DNA of 64,000 bases, from the NCBI GenBank assembly GCA_951406725.2, contig OX597837.1:11594001-11658000 (forward strand). Direction: 5' to 3'. The notes under the pieces are model-generated. The model saw nothing but the letters and a program-made list of their open reading frames with translations. It searched no databases and had not been told where the DNA came from. Origin of the DNA: Octopus vulgaris. Taxonomy: Eukaryota. A program made the translations under genes and the position numbers. This document shows positions 54,593 through 64,000 of the stretch, piece after piece; positions within the stretch are counted from its first letter, which is position 1; each line of letters opens with the position of its first letter.

Positions 54593-55213
54593 AGCACGCC
54601 GGGCGAAATGCCTAGCAGTATTTCGTCTGTCCTTACGTTCTGAGTTCAAATTCCGCGGAGCATTTCGCCTTATATATGTGTGTGTGTCTCTCTGTGTGTG
54701 TGTATGTGTGTGTGTGTATCTGTGTGTGTGTGTCTGTGTGTGTCTGTCTGTGTGTGTGCGCGCGCGTGTGTGCGTGTGCGCGTGTTTGCATCTTAGTGTG
54801 TATGCATGCAAAGAAGCATCTGCCTAACAACTGTGGTTACTGATTACATCCAAATGCCAATAACCAAGCTTTATGGCATGTCGTAAACCTGAGCGACAAT
54901 GGCCAAATGTCGTTTCAAAAGCCGTCTCTTATTTTATTTAAGTTATCGCTAGATTTAACATAAACCCATGACTTAGTACATCTATCGTCTATCGGTGAAC
55001 GGCAGAAATACGGCCAACATTTACATGGCGTCTTTCTTATGGAACAGATTAACGACACATCGTAAATCTGGCCCAGGCTGTCATTATGGAGACAGTATTC
55101 AATAATCTCGGTTAAGTTATACATACATACAGACTTACAAACACACACGCACCTACACATAGATAGAAATTGTGCGCGCGCACAAACACTGGAGCGTACA
55201 GATAGATAGAAAT

Positions 55214-55297
<84 letters not shown>

Positions 55298-55306
55298 GTA
55301 GGTAGG

Positions 55307-55365
<59 letters not shown>

Positions 55366-55374
55366 GTAGGTAGG

Positions 55375-55455
<81 letters not shown>

Positions 55456-55516
55456 TCACGCACACATACATATATATATGTGTTTGTATGCATATACCCA
55501 TATATATGTGTATGTT

Positions 55517-55560
<44 letters not shown>

Positions 55561-56001
55561 CTCCCCTACGACATAACTACGAATCCTTTTTCGGCAGTAC
55601 TATCTTGTGACTTACATGGTAAAAGAATTTTGGAGGGAAATACGAATTCACTCGTCTATATAAATGTGGATATGCTGATTAGCTTTTATATGTTCCGATG
55701 ACGCTTGGTCGGAAATAAAAGGGGTAAGTTTTCCTGGCATTTCTAGATTTATTTATCGGAATATTATGTCGATGAAAGAAATTAATCTTATAATTCTAAT
55801 CCAGAAACGTACGTCCATAATTAACCGAAGACTGTTTGATTTCATTATTTTTCTTCTTTTTTTTTTACCATATGTGAGTTGCAAGTATTGTTGTCTGTGG
55901 AGACATATTTTTGTAGAAAAAGGAAATAGTAGTCCTTTGGCTGCTATTTCTAAAATTTTCGGTATGTGGTTTAGTAACTTGCTGCAAAACCCTTATTGCT
56001 A

Positions 56002-56050
<49 letters not shown>

Positions 56051-56052
<2 letters not shown>

Positions 56053-56383
56053 CAATGATAAATCTCAGAGCGAGTTATAAACAGTAGCAGCAACACATCG
56101 TGACGTATATTTGCCATTTGAATATGGCTAACCCCTAAGGGTGAATGCTACTGTAGTTTGTAGCCCCTGGAGGACACCTCCTCCAGCTGGCTATAGACAC
56201 ACTTTCTGTGCCCTATCAGTATTTGCAAAGGGAAGCCATCCTTCCCGTCTTCAACTTATGATACACACGGACTCGAGTTTCAGAGTATTGACCCGTCATC
56301 GGCGTGTGACAATCATAGTTGTCGACGAGAAGTAAGTTCTCTTCACAATACATATATTTGGCATATATATATCTCAGAGCGAG

Positions 56384-56388
<5 letters not shown>
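56051..56388 (-). mobile_element. Second, circularly permuted and decayed retrozyme copy in (TA)n
   Basis: Begins at sequence equivalent to about 21105 and runs through the equivalent of 20803-21055; hammerhead 56252-56321 has CCGAUGA and a mismatched stem II. Confidence 0.8.
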
Positions 56389-56433
<45 letters not shown>

Positions 56434-57092
56434 AGGACATAATCATTAATATGAGTATGTCAGTGGCAAACGTATAAAAAGTGACCATATCGGTAAAATT
56501 TATTTTCAAGTATATAATTATAAAAATATAATTATATTTAAAGGCACTGGAAGTTAGCGCCTATACGCTTGAAGTAGGTGTCAAATACCTACAATCCACT
56601 CTAAATTTGTTCTCTATTTATAACCCAAGACTGAATGCGAGGAAATGAGCAAGAAAATTTACAAATTTTGGATAATCCTATGTCTTAAGATTTCGTGCTC
56701 TGTAGTGAGATGCAGTTTATATTATTCGTTTCCTACGTATGTTTCAACATTGTGGTTAATTACATCCACTGTAGTGGGTGTTAAATCACAACAGTTTATC
56801 AGGGGAGCATCATATTGCATTATGTTACTCAAATAGTAAAAAAGCGGAAGGTTGCTCCTTCGATGGTAGACTGTCATCTTTATAGAAAATGTGATGACTA
56901 CATATATGCATGCATATATGTAGTATGTAGCCATTATTCTTAGCTTAAACTAATCCGCGATCTATTATTAAATTTAAATTATAGGGAATAAAGATAGTGC
57001 TGCTAGAACTAATTAGTTTTTATAGATTTCGATTTCTGATAGATGCATGACCATGGACCTTGTATATTATATATATATTATGGATACATGTT

Positions 57093-57169
<77 letters not shown>

Positions 57170-57304
57170 TATTATAAATATAGATAGATAGATAGATAGA
57201 TACACACATACATACATACAGATATGTATATATACGTATACATATATGTATGTATATATATATGTGTGTGTGTCTACGAAGATAGAGGCATACATACATA
57301 AATA

Positions 57305-57353
<49 letters not shown>

Positions 57354-57555
57354 AGAGGGGGAGAGAGAAAGAGATAGATAGATAGATAGACATGTATATA
57401 TATGTATACATGTATATATATGTATACATCTATGCACGTATATATGCATGCATATATGTAGTATGTAGATATGTGTGCGTGTCTGTGAGTGCATGTGTGT
57501 GTCTGTGTGCGTACGCGTGTGTACATAAGACGCTCATGAACTATTCCTCAACCCA

Positions 57556-57589
<34 letters not shown>

Positions 57590-58222
57590 TTATGTTTGTA
57601 TATGTATGTGTATCTATATGTTTGTATCTATGCACCAGTGTATCAAAGTATCCTTTTGCTTGTGTTTTGTTATTCCACCATCACCACTTGAGAACCGGTG
57701 TTGGTTTGTACATGTTCCCATAATCTAGCCCTTCACCAAAAGAAACCAATAGCACAATTACTAGACTTTAGACTTTAAAAAGCAAAAAATAAAATCATAT
57801 GCCCCTTGGCTCAATTTGTTCAAGTAAAAAATTTCAAAGCGTTGCCACAGCACGGCCGCAGTCCGATGACTAAAACGAGCCAAAGCGATAAAAAAAAAAA
57901 CAAGTATCTCAATATCACTTTTCAATTACTTGTCCGATAGCAGTCCTATCTCTACCTGTCGAATACGTCATCATATTTTGTTTTACTGAATTTTATTCTG
58001 TCCCGCTAGTGTCCTCTACTTGTTTTATCGTGTAACCATTGGTTGGTTTGAGAGGGGACCAGCCTTTATCTGTCGATTAAGTTGTCACAGTTTGTTCTGA
58101 TAAAGCTGTTTGTTTATTGTATATGAGTGTATATCCTTATTTTTTTCTGACTTACTGGCGGCTGATTGCATCAAAGGAATGACTCGCTGTGTGTGTATGT
58201 GTGTGTGTGTGTGTGTGTGTCT

Positions 58223-58260
<38 letters not shown>

Positions 58261-58263
<3 letters not shown>

Positions 58264-58619
58264 ATACGAGTTAATCCCCTCTAACTTGCAAATGTCATTA
58301 TTTCATTAAGAAAGAAACTTGTAATTCATTATTGAATTTTCGTATTCTTTATCAGTGTCTTTGAGGTTTGGGGAGTTTTTCTATTCAAAAATTTGCTATC
58401 ATGTATAACCAAATTATCAGAAATATCATGTCAGCATCTTGCGTGTGTGTGAATGTGTATGTGTTAATGCATTTGTATGTGTGTCTAGCGTCAGTATACG
58501 TACATATGTATATATGTATGTATATATGTATATATATGTATATATGTATGTATATATATATATATATATATACATTAATAAATAAATGCAAATATATTAT
58601 GTATGTATGTGTATGTATG

Positions 58620-58651
<32 letters not shown>

Positions 58652-58662
58652 TATATATATAC

Positions 58663-58735
<73 letters not shown>

Positions 58736-59065
58736 ATACGAGTTAATCCCCTCTAACTTGCAAATGTCATTATTTCATTAAGAAAGAAACTTGTAATTCA
58801 TTATCGGATTTTCGTATTCTTTATCAGTGTCTTTGAGGTTTGGGGAGTTTTTCTATTCAAAAATTTGCTATCATGTATAACCAAATTATCAGAAATATCA
58901 TGTCAGCATCTTGCGTGTGTGTGAATGTGTATGTGTTAATGCATTTGTATGTGTGTCTAGCGTCAGTATACGTACATATGTATATATGTATGTATATATG
59001 TATATATATGTATATATGTATGTATATATATATATATATATATACATTAATAAATAAATGCAAAT
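58261..59065. repeat. 472-bp tandem duplication
   Basis: atgatacgagttaatcccc at 58261 and 58733; near-identical units. Confidence 0.9.
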
Positions 59066-59109
59066 ATATATATATATATATACATACATACATATATATA
59101 TACATATAT

Positions 59110-59150
<41 letters not shown>

Positions 59151-59428
59151 TTTATTTATTAATGTATTTCTATTTCTATCCAATGTATGTATTATGTATG
59201 CTATTGTGTTTACGTATGTTATCGAATCTACATGCGTAGGCATTTGTGTGTGTGTGTGTATGTATGTGTGTGTATGTGTGAGTGTGTGTGTGTGTATGTG
59301 TGTGTATGTGTGTGTGTATGTGTGTGTGTGTGTGCGGATACATTTTTTAAAGTACATGTATGTATTTATATGTGTTTTTCATGTATTTTATGTACATACA
59401 ATTGTATTTGTATTTCTATCAATTATAG

Positions 59429-59483
<55 letters not shown>

Positions 59484-59489
<6 letters not shown>

Positions 59490-59640
59490 CCTTTTCAAGC
59501 CTAGCCAGGCTCATGGGCCCAGTTTCCCGGTTTCTGTGGCGTATGTGTTCCCCCCAGCTGGACGGGACGCCAGTCCATCGCAGCGTTACTCAAGAAACAG
59601 GAAGAAAGAGTGAGAGAAAGTTGGGGCGAAAGAGTACAAG
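59484..59640 (-). mobile_element. SINE family E 3' part
   Basis: Nearly identical to about 41263-41425. Confidence 0.85.
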
Positions 59641-59687
59641 AGGTTGAATGAGAGCGGCAAATTATGTATAAATATATAATGACAATT

Positions 59688-59992
59688 GGAGGCACATGGC
59701 CTAGTGGCTAGAGCAGCGGACTCGCGGTCGAGGGATCGCGGGTTCCAATCTCAGACCGGGCGATGTGTGTGTTTATGAGCGAAAACACCTAAGCTCTACG
59801 CGGCTCCGGCAGAAGGTAATGGCGAACTTCTGCTGACTCTTTCGCCACAACTTTCTCTCACTCTTTCCTCCTGCATCTTACAGCTCACCTGCGATGGACC
59901 GGCGTCCCGTCCAGGTGGGGAACCTATACGCCAAGGAAACTGAGAAACCGGCCCTTATGAGCCAGGCGTGGCTCGAGAAGGAACAAACAACA
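59688..59992 (+). mobile_element. SINE family E, full length
   Basis: A-box tggcctagtgg, B-box ggttccaatc, V-like domain, aac tail. Confidence 0.85.
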
Positions 59993-60568
59993 CCAATATA
60001 AAGACAAAGAGAAGGAGAAAGAGCAGTTAAAGCCGAACTCCAACGTGTTGAATGGCCGTTGTTTTAAAAATTATAACAAAAATTAGATAGATAGAAACAC
60101 AGACAGACAGACAGACAGACGGTCGCTTCAGTTTGGCAGCTGACCATTGTCTCCATTATTCTACTTTATCCCTCTAATCTCCGTAACGTCTCTTGTGTTC
60201 TGAGACAAATCTTAAGACCAACAGCTGATCTGCACGGCTTTAAACATGCAAGAGATAGAATTTAAAACTTCCACAGGTTTTATATGGCTTACTTACACTT
60301 TCGCGTATCCTTTTAAACTAGGATTATTTCAAAAGATCTTGCCATGTTCAACACAGATGTCGATCCTATAAAATGGCGGAAAATCATATTTAGATGCATC
60401 AGAATTTCACAAATGGCGGTGTTGTTTCTTGTGGTTTATGTAATCAGCTTTCAATATAATCTGTCAGCCACTAAGTCGAAATTTCCAGTTCTTAATCTCA
60501 TCCTGTGCGTTCATGATACATCCTGTTTTAACTGTGATTGGAGCCTTTTGTCTAATTCAAAGTTAGCT

Positions 60569-60720
60569 AGGCGCAGGCGTGGTTGTGTGGTAGGACGGTT
60601 ACGGGTTCAGTCCCACTGCATGGCACCTCGACCTGCAGTATTTTTCAATAGCCCTGGGTCGACCGAAGCCTTTTTAATGGATTTAGTAGGCATAAACTCA
60701 AAGAAGGCTGTCGTGTATGA
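60569..60720 (+). mobile_element. SINE family A 5' part, diverged
   Basis: ggcgcaggcgtggttgtgtggtag..ggttcagtcccactgc. Confidence 0.7.
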
Positions 60721-60827
60721 GTGTATGTATGTGTGTGCGCGCATGTGTGTGTGTGTGCACGTGCGCCTGCATGTGTATGTATGTATGCATGTGTGTGTAT
60801 ATATTTATACATGCATAGATACACATA

Positions 60828-61420
60828 TACACGTTTTCTGATCAATAAATATCCGGACTGTTGCTATAGTAACGAAGCTAAAGCACGCAGAGTAAGGCCA
60901 CTTGGCACAAATTGACCTTGAGCTCTGCTGTGCATGCGCACTAAGTTTTAACGTTCTAGCTCACTTCCGCTGTGTATAGCAATACTTGGAAGGAAGGTGT
61001 GTAGCGTGTGATCATCCCATTAAGTATGGTGGAGGAAGCTGACCAGAGAATCTGCATCAAATTTTGCCAAAAACTTGGCGATACCTGCTCAGGGGCCTAC
61101 GTAAAGTTTTCAAAAGGTTTTCATCATTTTTTACACAATTAAGGAAATCTTGTGCAACTGAAACCCGAGTGTCTTTTTGGTCAGCTGAAAGCAGTTTTGG
61201 CACAAACTTGGTAGAAACGCGTCTCATACCCAAATCTTCAGTGACAATGGATAGAACTGAACTGTAAATCATCTGCACATCCTCTGATAACTCAAGGATG
61301 GTGATTCGATTTTCCCCCCACATCTGGATGCACCTCTGCGATGTTTTTTCTCAGTTCTGCTGGTTGTTGGTCTCCCAGAACGTTCGTCAATATCGACAAT
61401 TTTTAGGCCATCTTGGAAAT
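60828..61420. mobile_element. Rearranged mariner 5' portion
   Basis: + strand MVEEADQRICIKFCQKLGDTCS from 61026; - strand DERSGRPTTSRTE..RITILELSE..DLGMRRVSTKFVPKLLS..KNDENL (about 61115-61420). Confidence 0.78.
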
Positions 61421-61514
61421 ATGGAAATTTTTAGGCCATCAAGTTTATAAGTATCCTCTGATATCGAAATACATATATTCTGCCGCTTGATGTATGAAAT
61501 ATGTAAGAAATACT

Positions 61515-61650
61515 CTTTTCTACTCTAAGCACAAGGCCCGAAATTTGGGGGGAGGGGACTAGTCGATTAGATCGACCCCAGTACGCAATTGGTACTTAAT
61601 TTATCGACCCCCGAAAGGATGAAAGGCAAAATCTACCACGGAGGAATTTG
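61515..61650 (-). mobile_element. SINE family B 3' part
   Basis: gcacaaggcccgaaattt..cgaaaggatgaaaggc. Confidence 0.78.
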
Positions 61651-62038
61651 ATGGCTGACTGGATATTGAGCTTGTTTTGGCGACAGTACAACATTTGCTT
61701 GTCGTAGTTCAATCACTTATCCGGATCGATTTTTTTATTTTGAAATCCGTGGCCTTTACCGAATCCGATAGCCTTTACTCTAGCCGCAACCCGCTCTCGT
61801 AGTGCACAATGTGAAACTCGAGACCGTGACTATAATTCTTAATAATCATGCGCGCCAGCCGCAATGTTCTCAATGAAAATCAGGAACCCAACATTCAAAG
61901 AATTATTATTTCAGGTTCCGAACGACTTGATCACTTTGTGATATGCAATCCTCTTTGGATTTATCAATGGCAATTAAGCTCTAAGCCCTCTGCTAGCATC
62001 AAGAAACCTGGTGGGTTTTAAAAAATTTTTCTTAATAT

Positions 62039-62440
62039 GCCGTAGGAGTGGCTGTGTGGTAAGTAGCTTGTTTACTAACTACATGGTTCTGGGTTCAGTC
62101 CCACTGCGCGGCACCTTGGGCAAGTGTCCTCTACTATAGCCTCGGGTCGACCAAAGCCTTGTGAGTGGATTTGGTAGACGGAAACTGTAAGAAGCCCGTC
62201 GTATATATGTATATATATATATTATATATGCGTGTGTGTGTTTGTGTGTCTGTGTTTGTCCCCCTAGCATTGCTTGACAACCGATGCTGGTGTGTTTATG
62301 TCTCCGTAACTTAGCGGTTCAGCAAAAGAGACCGATAGAATAAGTACTGGGCTTACAAAGAATAAGTCCTGGGGTCGAGTTGCTCGATTAAAGGCGGTGC
62401 TCCAGCATGGTCGCAGTCAAATGGCTGAAACAAGTAAAAA
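62039..62440 (+). mobile_element. SINE family A
   Basis: Full length. Confidence 0.92.
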
Positions 62441-62473
62441 CAAAATGTAACTGCCCCTTTTACTGTAATTGTA

Positions 62474-62700
62474 GAGCATGGCTTAGTTGTTAGGCTGGTT
62501 CACTCGTGATCGTAATATTGATCGTAAGATTGTGGTTTCGATTCATAGACCGAGTTCTGCATTGTGTTCCTGGGCAAAACATTTCATTTCTAGTCCACTC
62601 AGCTGGCAAAAATGGATGACCTTGCGACGGACTAGCTTCCCATCCAGTGGGAACATCTACACCAGAGAAAGTGGGAAACCGGCTCTATGCACCAAACCAG
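62474..62700 (+). mobile_element. SINE family F-like, diverged
   Basis: Similar to 14878-15130. Confidence 0.55.
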
Positions 62701-63249
62701 TCCTCTGCCCTTTACAGAGTAATGTTGACTAACCTTTTACTATAATTGGTGTGTGCCCATCAAAAGCTAAAAAGCTGTATTTTAATGAATTTCAGTTGAG
62801 TTTCGTATATTTTTGGCCATTCGCTGTATCCCAGCACTGTAACCTATTACTTCAGTCACATTTAAAATGAGTTAATTTCCATTGAATTTCAATGAATCTT
62901 TAATTGGTTTCTCTTCATTACGCTTGTCATTATTGATGTAGTAATTCTCACAACTGGATATTTATTCAATATTTCTTTTAAATTACCTTTTTTTGCTTTT
63001 TTTCCGATATTGCTCAGCACTTTCACCTTATTTTAATTTAATCTGAATTCGCAATCCTTCTAAAAATAACTTCTTTTTACGACAAAAATTTGCATTCTGC
63101 ATTTTTTAAAACTAGAACAATTTCCATTTCTTCGATTTGCAGCTTTTATATCTTTAACAAGTGTAGTTTTTATTCCGTGCAATATTTTATTCTTTCTCAG
63201 CCCCTTATCAGCTTCATTGCCTGAATTTGCAACCTTATGCTTTCTTCCC

Positions 63250-63700
63250 AGCAAATTTGAAGAATTTAAATGCCATTGCAAGTTTTCAATGCTATTTCCT
63301 TGTGTTGAAACCTGTTCTTTCATTGATCACAGAACTTGTATCTCCAAGGGTAGAATAAGCAGATTCCTATTTCATTTCTGTCACAAAATCGCCAATTCCT
63401 TTCTTTTGATAGCAATTTTAAAACACAAATTCTTAAGATCACAAGATTTCTTCGTCTTAAAATGTAAAATTAATTTCCCCATTACTTCAAAAATTCACAT
63501 TACTTCGAAAATTTACATATTGAGAGGACATGTAACGTTATTAAAGCATTAACCAATTTAAACAGTTTGCCTTCCCTTCTAATGATAAACTATTATAATT
63601 TTATTTGTTCCTTGGGAATTTTGTTTATTGCCGAATAAGTTTCCATTCTGATCGCAAATTCATTCCAACGAACTTCTCCAAGATAGGATGTGGGGAAAAT
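63250..63700 (-). pseudogene. Degraded Ty3/Gypsy gag-like relic
   Basis: WNEFAIRMETYSAINKIPKEQ..GKLILHFKTKKS..NCYQKKGIGDFVTEMK across stops and frameshifts resembles a gypsy gag N-terminus. Confidence 0.5.
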
Positions 63701-63829
63701 GCTTTTCAACGAAACTAATTTGAACGCATTTGTCCAGATAATTCCTTCTATCATAATTTCCATGTGACTTTAAAAAGAAGAAAGAAAAATTTTGCAAACA
63801 AAGAAAAAATCGCCATCTTTTCTCCCTTT

Positions 63830-64000
63830 TCTCTTTTACTGCTCTTTGATGACTTCAGTCATTGGACTGCGGCCATGCTGGGGCACCGCCTTGAACGGTT
63901 TAGTCGAGCAAACCGACCCCAGTTTTTTTTTCAAAACCAGGTACTTATTCTGTGGTTACCGACCCGCAACGTTACGGGGACGTCAACAAACCAGCACCAG
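63830..64000 (-). mobile_element. SINE family A 3' part (runs off the window)
   Basis: ttcagtcattggactgcggccatgctggggcaccgcc. Confidence 0.8.

Noticed and set aside
55694-55716. ccgatgacg..cggaaa hammerhead-like words
   Set aside because: Core deviates, stem II is only 2 bp, and there is no stem I or III.
59688-59765. tRNA gene
   Set aside because: A and B boxes are present but continue into a multi-copy SINE body; no proper cloverleaf or terminator.
61813-61828. gaaactcgagaccgtg, a 15/16 match to the retrozyme hammerhead 3' half
   Set aside because: No CUGANGA, no stem II, no flanking homology, and the GUC triplet reads GAC; probably chance.

Overview
AT-rich, microsatellite-saturated eukaryotic DNA with no intact protein-coding gene. 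The repeat content (tRNA-headed SINE families and huge TA/TAA/GATA/TGTA tracts) looks like an octopus (coleoid cephalopod) intron or intergenic region; this is inferred from repeat content, not verified. Almost all ORF-track entries are translations of simple repeats. Real content: about 40 SINE copies in four families; a full-length dead mariner plus maT and rearranged mariner pieces; R4/Dong-like RLE retrotransposon ends inserted in (TAA)n; Penelope-like GIY-YIG and end fragments; RTE and Gypsy relics; several mini/satellites. Four things stand out. (1) A 352-bp tandem-unit element carries a canonical type I hammerhead ribozyme (20803-21257), with a circularly permuted second copy (56051-56388); together they are a candidate non-LTR retrozyme/circRNA family. 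(2) Several further, unrelated hammerhead-like motifs are present. (3) A 43-bp satellite (about 45 copies) has been amplified from the last codons of an R4/Dong-type retrotransposon. (4) An internally deleted, bipartite R4/Dong derivative is present. Coordinates were counted by eye and element edges are approximate.
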